DNA of 64,000 nucleotides from Octopus sinensis (taxonomy: Eukaryota), in assembly GCF_006345805.1 (NCBI RefSeq), contig NC_043004.1:40858001-40922000 (forward strand), read 5' to 3'. Positions 12,452 through 23,800 of the stretch are shown here, piece after piece. The translations under genes and the position numbers were made by a program. Position 1 is the first letter of the stretch; every line of letters starts with the position of its first letter. The notes under the pieces were generated by a model. The model was given only the letters and a program-made list of their open reading frames with translations. It ran no database searches and was not told where the DNA came from.

Positions 12452-12909
12452 GTTTTAATTCCCATACCAGCAGTGCATTGTGGTCTTAAGCAAAACACTT
12501 CATTTCACTTTATTCCTGTCTACTGAGCTAGCAAAAATGAGTAATCCTGCAAATAGACTGGCATCCTATCCAGGTGGGGAATTTATATGCAATAGAAACC
12601 AAGAAACTAACTGGCCCTTAAGAGTCTATATGACTCAGGAAGGAACTTTACTGCGACTACCACTTAGCTGCAACTAGGGAAACCTTGCTACAGATGATAA
12701 CCCAGGAAAATCCCCTGACCGGGGGTCTTGCAAGCCACACTTTGTATTCAGTGGTCAAAAGGATGAACCGTTCAATCCACACAGTGGATTCCAGATGGTT
12801 GGGATAGGTTGTTCAACCACACCAAAGGATAATTTTTTGTGCCATCTCTTAAGATGGCACAAAAAGTAGAGATGATTCTACAGTATCTGATGACCTCACA
12901 ACAAAGCAT

Positions 12910-12947
12910 TCAAATCTCATCAACATCAACTCGCTTGGACTTGTGTT
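12910..12947 (-). CDS. Candidate last coding exon of an unidentified minus-strand gene (xHKSKRVDVDEI*)
   Basis: T-rich tract and acceptor ...ttttattgacctttaaag|AACACAAG...ATTTGA, followed by ~2 kb of largely unique UTR-like sequence. No homology recognised. Confidence 0.3.
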
Positions 12948-13569
12948 CTTTAAAGGTCAATAAAACATAAGCAACAGTAAAATAATGTTATATCTACTCT
13001 GATAACAAAAAAGGGAAAAAAAAATATTCATTACAAATTAATAAAAAAAAAATATTTCAGCAATCTGTAAAATATTCTAGATTATGCATGCATGTACACA
13101 AGTGCATGAACATGTGTGCATGCGTGAGGTTATATGTTCTTAATGATCATAGAATTTCACCTTGCTGTCAAAAGTGAATAAAATGGTTATTTTCCCCTGC
13201 AATGTTTTAACCTTGTGTAATGTTTACTTAAAAGACATACCTTACATTTCAATGTTGTTTTGTTTTTAAGCCCAATATTTACAAGCTATTATTTACAGCT
13301 TTAATTACTTTAAGTATCAAAATATATAAAAAAAAAATGATTTCACTCTCTCTTGAAGTTTCTAAATTCTTATGATTTTTAAACATAAAGGATCTTTTTT
13401 TAATGATCTGTGATTTATACTTGTTTATGCAATGTAAATATAAATATGTCATAATCTGACCTAATATCTATTGTTTGCCTGTTTATCTTTTTATTGTATT
13501 ATTTTGTACTCACACATACATACACATATATGCCTGTGACTATAGTTATGCCTACTCCTATATATGAAT

Positions 13570-13740
13570 ATATTGGAGTCCACTCTGCAGGGTGGTTGGT
13601 GTTAGGAAGGGCATCCAGCTGTAAAAACCATGCCAAAACAGACACAGAAGTCAGGTGCAGTCTTCTGCCCGGCCAGCTCTTATTAAACCGTCCAACCCAT
13701 GCAAGCACAGAAGGCAGATGTTAAACGATGGTGATGATAT
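13570..13740 (+). mobile_element. Retroposon family D 3' fragment
   Basis: ttaggaagggcatccagctgtaaaa...aacccatgc...gttaaacgatgg. Confidence 0.75.
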
Positions 13741-14088
13741 ATATATAGGTATGTAGGAGGGGGGCTCCAAAAGGGGTGTTAGGGAGTAGCATTCCTGCCT
13801 TCCTGAGCTAGTTCACCACCACATTTCTTAAAAATCATGGTAGAGGCCTTGGTCTCGGGACCACTCATGTCTAAAAACTGAGGTTGGAGGTAAGCAAGGG
13901 CATGTTCCCCGTAGAAAATTCAGCACCAAAAAAGCCTCATTATAGCAAAGGAGAATGGGCACCAGCCAGCCAGCCAGCCCAAAGTTTGGCGTGAGCTGCA
14001 CCTGCCTACCTCGGTTGCTATGGCATTGAGGTACCCCTGTTAACAGGCACAAAACCCAGATTTAAAACACTGGATGATGATAATGATG

Positions 14089-14124
<36 letters not shown>

Positions 14125-14144
14125 CATACATACACATACACACA

Positions 14145-14305
14145 ATAGGCTTCTTTCAATTTTTATCTACCAAATCCACTCACAAGGTTTTGGTTGCCTC
14201 AGCACTATAGCAGAAGACACTTGCCCAAGGTGCTATGCACTGGGACTGAACCCAAAACTATGCAGTTGCAAAGCAAACTTCTTACCATGTAGCCACACTT
14301 GCACC
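14145..14305 (-). mobile_element. SINE family A 5' half
   Basis: taccaaatccactcacaagg...gaagacacttgcccaagg...gggactgaacc. Confidence 0.8.
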
Positions 14306-15016
14306 TGTCTCAGTATGATACAATTATTGACTTGTGTAAAACAAGGATATGTGATATGGTATATGTGTGGGATCAATCTGGAAAGCTAGCAATTTATCAC
14401 ACAGAACCTACCATTCACCTTAATAACAGAACTTCATTACTTTTTATAGCCCAGCCTTATTCAATAACCACTTTCAGTAACGAAAGTTTTGAGTCTTTAG
14501 ACAATAAATGAAATGCTCAAGTTATTCTGAAACCCCACAAACCACCTACACCTCCTGTGTAAACTCATCCAGAAATAATCAAATTTAAATACTCCATAGC
14601 AAAAAAAAAAAAAAAAATCAGTTACATAAACTATTGGACTACTTTTCAGGAATTGTTCAGACATTGGTAATTGCCTGTATTCATTTCCATACCCAGTATT
14701 TAAATAGCAATAAGTGCTTCCTATTGCAATGTCACAGTCTGTATGTGTTACATCTCAATTTGTGTTCTCAGAGGAGTCAGGGTTTTTTTTTTTTGTGTGT
14801 GTTTTTTTCGGGGCTCCACCACCACCACAACACTTCTTTCTGAGAAAATTGTGAGAGAACTTAATATAACGCTATGTAAGATGGACAAGAGAATCTAGTT
14901 TGCCATTGTGTTTGAATAGTCCAATTTGTACCTGCATATATAGAATTGGCAGGCTTAAAGGAGAGATTAATGTCACAGCTATTTGTAGGATTACAATTTG
15001 TATTTTGTTTTTGATG

Positions 15017-15053
15017 AAAAGAGAGAGAGGGGAAGAGAGAGAGAAGAGAGGGG

Positions 15054-15092
<39 letters not shown>

Positions 15093-15129
15093 AGAGAGGG
15101 GAGAGAGAGAGAGAGAGAGAAGAGAGGGG

Positions 15130-15178
<49 letters not shown>

Positions 15179-15597
15179 AAAGAGAGAGAGAGAGAAGAAG
15201 AGAGAGAGAGAAGAGAGAGAGAGAGAAAGAGAGAAGAGAGGGGAAGAGAGAGAGAGAGAAGAGAGGGGAAGAGAGAGAAGAGAAGAAGAGAGGAGAAGAG
15301 AGAGAGAGAGAAGAGAGGGGAACAGAGAGAGAGAAGAGAAGAAGAGAGGGGAACAGAGAGAGAGAGAAGAGAAGAATAGAGGGGAAGAGAGAGAGAAGAA
15401 GAGAGGGGAACAGAGAGAGAGAAGAGAAGAAGAGAGGGGAACAGAGAGAGAGAGAGAGAAGAGAGAAGAGAGAGGGGAAGAGAGAGAGAAGAGAGGGGAA
15501 CAGAGAGAGAGAGAAGAGAAGAAGAGAGGGGAACAGAGAGAGAGAGAAGAGACGAAGAGAGAGAAAGAGAGAAAGGAAGAGAGAGAGAGAAGGAAAT
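15017..15597. repeat. ~580-bp almost pure homopurine (GA/GAA/GGGGAA) tract
   Basis: Directly visible. It is the source of the R/E and S/L ORFs. Confidence 0.97.
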
Positions 15598-16699
15598 AGT
15601 GAAACAAAATAAAACAGAAAGTGCGTGTTGAGTGGGTAAAAAAAAAACACTGAGTAAAAAAAAAGTGGAAAAAAACACATGAAGAAAAAATTGCATGAGT
15701 GAAAATCAGAATAAGTACATGATAAAGAAAGAAGAAGTAAGAGAGAGAGTATGTGAGAGAGAAAGAGTATAATCAAAAGAGAATATCTATAGAGGAGAAA
15801 GTGAAAGTGTATGATGTGAGAAAAATAGATTGGTTGAAAGTGAGAAGGTGTGAATGAGAAAAGGTAAGAGTGGTATGGGTGTGAAAGTGTGTGAGAATAC
15901 AAGAGTGTAGACATCAATTTCTTACACAGGTGACTCAAATTCATGTGATAGAAGAGAATAAGAAGTTGGGAGCAATAATTATGAACAGAAAATAACATGT
16001 AATTTCAAAATATATTTCAAATAAATAAATAAATAAATAAAAGGAAAATAAGAAATTATGGACAATAATTATGAATTTAAAAAATAATGACAACAAAACA
16101 AGCAATTTCAAAATACATATAATTAATCAATAAAATTTATAAATGAACAAAATATCAAATAAAACATAAAAATCATGTCTTTAGTTTTAAACCTATGCCA
16201 TTATCATCATAAGGCATTAAAATTGGACAAATTAGCTGGAAAGACAGACTTTCAAGAAAGCACTTCTATTGCTTTAATTATATTTTCTTAATTAACACAC
16301 AAGTAGACCTACACCACTCATTAAAATAACTTTAATGCCCGTTTTTCTATGCCGGCATGAGTTGAATGGCTTTTATAGCATCTTGCCACTCAACACTTGA
16401 CACACACAACAACAGAGAAAAATGGCCAACTTTACTGCTGTATATGGCACGTTTCCACATGGTTTTTACAACTGGATGCCTTTCCTATTGTCAGTCGCTT
16501 TACAGCAAACACTAGGAATATTTTATCACACCATTGGCACAAATGAGATTACTTATCAGAATTCCTGAGTTTCCCTCAGCCATGCATCTGAGTTTATTTG
16601 GGGCTATCTTCCATCCTAGATAAGGTAAGTATTCTTGAGGCTTGTAGAGTCTACATCTTTGTTTGTTCATTATATCTACTAGTTACTTATTCTCTAAAC

Positions 16700-16900
16700 C
16701 AGTGCTTTTCAACCTTTTTGCTGGAGCGGAACCCCAAGGAAACATTCCACTGGCTCGAGGAACCCCTGTGCAATAATTTAATAGTCTTATGCACACATAT
16801 CTGCACAGGAGAATTAAAAATTACTGCCGATTTTAGCAGTTTTGTAACTTCTTGCGGAACCCCTGGACTGTACTGGCGGAACCCTGGTTGAAAACCACTG
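16700..16900. mobile_element. 201-bp hAT (Charlie-like) MITE
   Basis: TIRs CAGTGCTTTTCAACC / GGTTGAAAACCACTG; perfect 8-bp TSD ctctaaac. Confidence 0.92.
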
Positions 16901-17152
16901 CTCTAAACACACTACTGAAGCTATTTCAAATTAATATAAGAGCATCTATGTGCCTGCTTAATCTGCTAAAAATACCATCCAAATCTCCCTCAGATCCTGC
17001 CCCCTCTCCCCTAATCATCTTCAAAAACTAGGAAGGACATATTGGGTAATGTCATTCAAGATAAATTATGCCTGAAAAATAGACAGGATGGTTACAACTG
17101 GAATGCCTTAGACCTGCTCAGAGAAAGCAGGCTACCATACATATCTACTAAT

Positions 17153-17513
17153 ATTCACCTCTGCCTTAGTGAAGGTAGAGGTATTGTTTTCAGTTGTGTT
17201 TGTTTATCTGTGGACAAGATATCTCAAGAACCAGTGGCTGGATTCAATTGAAACTTTCAGGGATGTTTGGCCTTGTGACTGGCACGAACTGATTAGATTT
17301 TGGGATCAATCCAGTACCGGTCGAGGATTCTGGATTATTTTTCATTTTTTCCACTTAATTTTTGAGAGCAGTCAAGTTCATTTTTAGTATTCTCATTTGT
17401 GAGAAGAGTTGAGTTTATTTCAGATATTCTCATTTTAAAAAATCGTCTCCAGCTAATCATTGTGAGGACATTGGTGTTGCTTTGGCGGAGGTTTGCGCTC
17501 TTTGAGTGCTCTT
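17153..17513 (+). mobile_element. Probable Helentron-associated (HINE/DINE-1-like) non-autonomous element
   Basis: Subterminal inverted repeats acctctgcc / ggcggaggt, a short TG-rich tract near the 5' end, and a 3' hairpin gcgctc-ttt-gagtgc. Confidence 0.55.
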
Positions 17514-17624
17514 ATTGGGGCTGTTTTTGCATGCTGTTTTCCAGCTAGGTGTCCTTCCTTGTACCCATAAATCGAAGAAAAAAGCATTAATGTATACCTT
17601 TTATAGCAAAGCTTCTCAGTAACA

Positions 17625-17970
17625 TACTCTTTATTCTTTTTTACTCTTTTACTTGTTTCAGTCATTTGACTGCGGCCATGCTGGAGCACCGCCTTTAGTC
17701 GAGGAAATCCACCCCCAGGACTTATTCTTTGTAAGCCTACCACTTATTCTATCGGTCTCTATCGGGGGACAAACACAGACACACAAACACATATACATAC
17801 ATATATACGACGGGCTTCTTTCAGTTTCCGTCTACCAAATCCACTCACAAGGCTTTGGTCGGCCCGAGGCTATAGTAGAAGACACTTGCCCAAGGTGCCA
17901 CGCAGTGGGACTGAACCCGGAACCATGTGGTTGGTAAGCAAGCTACTTACCACACAGCCACTCCTGCGCC
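17625..17970 (-). mobile_element. SINE family A copy with an internal deletion
   Basis: Family motifs; it lacks the cgaaccgctaag...gcatcggttgtc segment. Confidence 0.88.
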
Positions 17971-18429
17971 TATATATCAATAATGCCTGCATATCTTTTA
18001 TCAATGGTGATTAGTGAGATACATGATGTAAAATTCTGAGCACATTCATACATTCATAAATTACATCCCATAGGAAATTTTTATTTATAAATAATTTATT
18101 AAATGTTAAAATATCAAACTAATTCCTAAGTTAGAGCTCAACAGAAATACCACCAGGAAACCATGCCTATAAGATTTTCATTTTACAGTATTTAACCCTT
18201 TTACTAACTACCAACCTGCCTAAGGCACCCATAGTTCTGTGAAACCAACTTCCTGTTTTAAAATATCTAAATTGAAACTTTGCATTAAAATTTCTTGTTA
18301 ATTTATGTTCCAAATACCAGACTACTAACATGCAGATACTGAATTTGTTAAAAATTGATCGAAATTGTGTACACTATGTCATATGAAATGAGAAATCCAA
18401 AAAGTACCCTACAACCAGAAATGAGTTAC

Positions 18430-18532
18430 CCTGGTTCCTGTGGCTCGAGCACACATACACAGAACCAAGTACGCTTAGTTCCTGCACAGTAAGAGCCAAT
18501 AAAAACAAATTCTTCATTATTTGCAAAATTAA
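18430..18532 (-). CDS. Candidate internal coding exon of an unidentified minus-strand gene
   Basis: Acceptor ...tttctatacactgccttagcttcag| and donor |GTAACT. Two frames are open (VNFANNEEFVFIGSYCAGTKRTWFCVCVLEPQEP or LILQIMKNLFLLALTVQELSVLGSVYVCSSHRNQ). Confidence 0.35.
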
Positions 18533-19392
18533 CTGAAGCTAAGGCAGTGTATAGAAATACAGTAACAAAAGGGCTAAAAATTCCATTACAAGTATTAAAA
18601 GATTTTTTTTTTTTCAATATTTATAGCCACACTACATCTCCATTTGTTTGACTCCTTGATCTTAATTTACTATTATGTGTGTGGCACAAATCCAGTAAGA
18701 TTTGGCTATACATTCAGGAATAAGACACCCGATGACGAAAGATCAAACTAATCAAACTCAATGATAATTTAGATACAAATATTGGAAAATCTTTCACCTC
18801 TAAAAAGATGAGGTTAATAGACTGATTAAATTATAATATCTAATTAGCAACAACTCATTTCAAACAATTAGATATTTAACTGTGTCAAAAGTTCTTCATT
18901 TGCTTTTCTTATTTCATTATTTTTATTTTATTTTATTTATTTTTTTGCCTGTCTTTAAAAATATTTGATAGTTTTTATATATTCTACAGTAACTTTTAAT
19001 GCGGCTAATAATTATTTAGGAGACACCCCACCCCTATCATCATCCTCCCACACTCAAACTCATTCTTTATAAAACCACCAAAAAAATACTGATGAACCGT
19101 TATAGCCTTCCAAGAAAAAAAAATAAAAAGAGAAAAAAAATGATTTGTTTGGAAAGATGTTAGTATAATTGGACACATTCACTGAATATTGAGAAATATC
19201 TGTAAATATCAGAACAAGGTGATAAAAATAATCTTTCTGTGGGGGAAACAGGAATTATATCATGCTTGACAGGTTTGGCAATAATGCTTATAGGAACAGC
19301 AGAGGGTGGTTCCAAAGATATAACTTTCGCAAATGACATAAGATATATATCATGAGAAATGCAAATAAAATCAACGAGATTAAGTAACTCAC

Positions 19393-19451
19393 TTTTAAGG
19401 CTGTTTTAAGTCTTATCAGCAGGTTTGCTTTACCGTACAATTAGAATACAC
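19393..19451 (-). other. Candidate exon with strong splice sites but stops in all three frames (or an 18-nt microexon, 19434-19451)
   Basis: gtttttctttttcttctgttgcag| acceptor and |gtgagt donor; an internal CG|gtaaag donor gives GTGTATTCTAATTGTACG. Confidence 0.35.
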
Positions 19452-19831
19452 CTGCAACAGAAGAAAAAGAAAAACAATTTAGTCTATGAAATTCAATGTG
19501 TTGAAGAATCTAACTTGAAATTTGCAGAAACAAAGTAACATTAAAAGTGGTGAGGTTGACATTTTCATGACACTTTATGAACTCTCTCCTAACATTGTAG
19601 AACTGCTACAATGGAAAAAGCACTTATATGCATTAAATGCCAAAGGTAATTCACCTCAGCACAAACATGTAATGTTGTGTGCAATTCAAATTAATAGCTT
19701 CTGTCTGATGTGGGGACACAGGAGTCAGATAAATATAAATTTCAAGAATGAAGTAACGAAATACTTAGCATCTTGTGTATGGAGTTGTGAGCCAAATAGT
19801 TTTACTTTCTTACTTTGTGGCTTTTTGCTAC

Positions 19832-19868
<37 letters not shown>

Positions 19869-20631
19869 ATATGTGCACATGCATTATGAACATCACTGTG
19901 GTAATGTCCACTTCTACATGCTTGCATGCATCAAACAGAATTCGCTGAGATAGGTTTTAATCTTTCTACAGCCAGATATTCTTCTCATCACCAACTTTCA
20001 CCTTTTCCCAAGCAAGTTAATATTTCCTCATGACCAAACATATTTTCACAGCACTTTATAAACAAAGGACACTTCTTGTGAGACTATCAGGTAGTGTCGA
20101 GACAAGAAGACACAAGCACACATGCAAAGACACTTGCCTAAAGTGCCACAGTGGGACTGAACCAGTTTGACAACATCAGTAATAATAACAATAATAAGGG
20201 TTTCAAATTTTGGTACAAGGCCAACAATTTTGGACAGAGGGATTTAGTTAATACCATTGATGTCGTTACTAGACTGGTACTTAAATTTATTGACCTTGGA
20301 AAGATGAAAGACAGAGCTGACCGTAGTAGGGTTTGAACTTAGAACTTAAAGAGCCAGAACAAATACCACATATCATTTTGTCTAATGCTCTAAAATATTT
20401 AATAGTGTTTCATGCACTGTATATGATGATTAAGATTGGCTCCCAGCTCGAAGTCATTCAGTAGAATGAAGTTTTTGTATGTAATGAATTACGTGCTGCT
20501 ATAGCTTAGCATGAATAAACTTTGTAGGAGACCAGTTAATAACAATGATCTTCCACTCAATGACCCAGATTAGCCGAGAGACAAGATACAATGCTTTTGA
20601 TACAACAGCATGAATGTAGAAATTTCTAGAT

Positions 20632-20800
20632 ACTCGTCATCATCATCATTTAATGTCTATTTTCCATGCTAGCATGGATTGGATGGCTTGACAGGAACTG
20701 GCAAAGCCAGGGATCATACCAGGTTCCATAACCTGTTCTGGCTTGGTTTCCACAGCTCGATGCCTTTCCTAATGTTAACCACTTAACAGAGTATACTGGG
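20632..20800 (-). mobile_element. Retroposon family D copy whose internal module is continuous with the 26-bp array
   Basis: (CAT)n tail, tttccatgctagcatggattggatgg, gatgcctttcctaatgttaaccac...gtatactgggtgctttttat, running directly into the array. Confidence 0.85.
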
Positions 20801-23800
20801 TGCTTTTTATAGGTACCATCACCAATGCTTTTTAAGTGGCACCATCACCAATGCTCTTTATGTGACACCATCACCAGTGCTTTTTACATGGCACCATTAC
20901 CAGTGCTTTTTAAGTGGCACCATCACCAATGCTCTTTATGTGACACCATCACCAGTGCTTTTTACATGGCACCATTACCAGTGCTTTTTAAGTGGCACCA
21001 TCACCAGTGCTTTTTACATGGCACCATTACCAGTGCTTTTTAAGTGGAACCATCACCAGTGCTTTTTACATGGCACCATCACCAGTGCTTTTTAAGTGGC
21101 ACCATCACCAGTGCTTTTTACATGGCACCATTACCAGTGCTTTTTACATGGCACCATTACCAGAGCTTTTTACATGGCACCATTACCAGTGCTTTTTACA
21201 TGGCACCATTACCAGTGCTTTTTACATGGCACCATCACCAGTGCTTTTTACATGGCACCATTACCAGTGCTTTTTACATGGCACCATTACCAGTGCTTTT
21301 TACATGGCACCATTACCAGTGCTTTTTACATGGCACCATTACCAGTGCTTTTTACATGGCACCATTACCAGTGCTTTTTACATGGCACCATTACCAGTGC
21401 TTTTTACATGGCACCATCACCAGTGCTTTTTAAGTGGCACCATCACCAGTGCTTTTTACATGGCACCATTACCAGTGCTTTTTACATGGCACCATCACCA
21501 GTACTTTTTACATGGCACCATCACCAGTGCTTTTTACATGGCACCATCACCAGTGCTTTTTACATGGCACCATTACCAGTGCTTTTTACATGGCACCATC
21601 ACCAGTGCTTTTTACATGGCACCATTACCAGTGCTTTTTACATGGCACCATCACCAGTGCTTTTTAAGTGGCACCATCACCAGTGCTTTTTACATGGCAC
21701 CATTACCAGTGCTTTTTACATGGCACCATCACCAGTACTTTTTAAGTGACACCATCACCAGTGCTTTTTACATGGCACCATTACCAGTGCTTTTTACATG
21801 GCACCATCACCAGTGCTTTTTACATGGCACCATTACCAGTGCTTTTTACATGGCACCATTACCAGTGCTTTTTACATGGCACCATTACCAGTGCTTTTTA
21901 CATGGCACCATTACCAGTGCTTTTTACATGGCACCATTACCAGTGCTTTTTACATGGCACCATTACCAGTGCTTTTTACATGGCACCATCACCAGTGCTT
22001 TTTAAGTGGCACCATCACCAGTGCTTTTTACATGGCACCATTACCAGTGCTTTTTACATGGCACCATCACCAGTACTTTTTACATGGCACCATCACCAGT
22101 GCTTTTTACATGGCACCATCACCAGTGCTTTTTACATGGCACCATACCAGTGCTTTTTACATGGCACCATCACCAGTGCTTTTTACATGGCACCATTACC
22201 AGTGCTTTTTACATGGCACCATCACCAGTGCTTTTTAAGTGGCACCATCACCAGTGCTTTTTACATGGCACCATTACCAGTGCTTTTTACATGGCACCAT
22301 CACCAGTACTTTTTAAGTGACACCATTACCAGTGCTTTTTACATGGCACCATCACCAGTGCTTTTTAAGTGACACCATCACCAGTGCTTTTTACATGGCA
22401 CCATTACCAGTGCTTTTTACATGGCACCATCACCAGTACTTTTTAAGTGGCACCATCACCAGTGCTTTTTACATGGCACCATTACCAGTGCTTTTTAAGT
22501 GGCACCATCACCAGTGCTTTTTAAGTGGAACCATCACCAGTGCTTTTTACATGGCACCATTACCAGTGCTTTTTAAGTGGCACCATCACCAGTGCTTTTT
22601 AAGTGGCACCATCACCAGTGCTTTTTACATGGCACCATTACCAGTGCTTTTTAAGTGACACCATCACCAGTGCTTTTTAAGTGGCACCATCACCAGTGCT
22701 TTTTAAGTGACACCATCACCAGTGCTTTTTACATGGCACCATCACCAGTACTTTTTAAGTGGCACCATCACCAGTGCTTTTTACATGGCACCATTATCAG
22801 TGCTTTTTAAGTGGCACCATCACCAGTGCTTTTTACATGGCACCATTACCAGTGCTTTTTAAGTGGCACCATCACCAGTGCTTTTTACATGGCACCATTA
22901 CCAGTGCTTTTTAAGTGGCACCATCACCAGTGCTTTTTAAGTGGCACCATCACCAGTGCTTTTTACATGGCACCATTACCAGTGCTTTTTAAGTGGCACC
23001 ATCACCAGTGCTTTTTACATGGCACCATTACCAGTGCTTTTTAAGTGGCACCATCACCAGTGCTTTTTACATGGCACCATCACCAGTGCTTTTTAAGTGG
23101 CACCATCACCAGTGCTTTTTACATGGCACCATCACCAGTGCTTTTTAAGTGGCACCATCACCAATGCTCTTTATGTGACACCATCACCAGTGCTTTTTAC
23201 ATGGCACCATTACCAGTGCTTTTTAAGTGGAACCATCACCAGTGCTTTTTAAGTGGCACCATCACCAGTGCTTTTTAAGTGGCACCATCACCAGTGCTTT
23301 TTAAGTGGCACCATCACCAGTGCTTTTTACATGGCACCATCACCAGTGCTTTTTACATGGCACCATCACCAGTGCTTTTTACATGGCACCATCACCAGTG
23401 CTTTTTAAGTGGTACCATCACCAGTGCTTTTTACGTGGCACCATCACCAGTGCTTTTTAAGTGGTACCATCACCAGTGCTTTTTAAGTGGCACCATCACC
23501 AGTGCTTTTTACATGGCACCATCACCAGTGCTTTTTACATGGCACCATCACCAGTGCTTTTTACGTGGCACCATCACCAGTGCTTTTTAAGTGGTACCAT
23601 CACCAGTGCTTTTTAAGTGGCACCATCACCAGTGCTTTTTAAGTGGCACCATCACCAGTGCTTTTTACATGGCACCATCACCAGTGCTTTTTACATGGCA
23701 CCATCACCAGTGCTTTTTAAGTGGCACCATCACCAGTGCTTTTTACATGGCACCATCACCAGTGCTTTTTACATGGCACCATCACCAGTGCTTTTTACGT

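Noticed and set aside
12774-12792. Iron-responsive element (CAGTGG)
   Set aside because: The five bases on either side of the putative loop do not pair.
14861-15998. R/E-rich and S/L-rich ORFs
   Set aside because: Translations of the GA tract.
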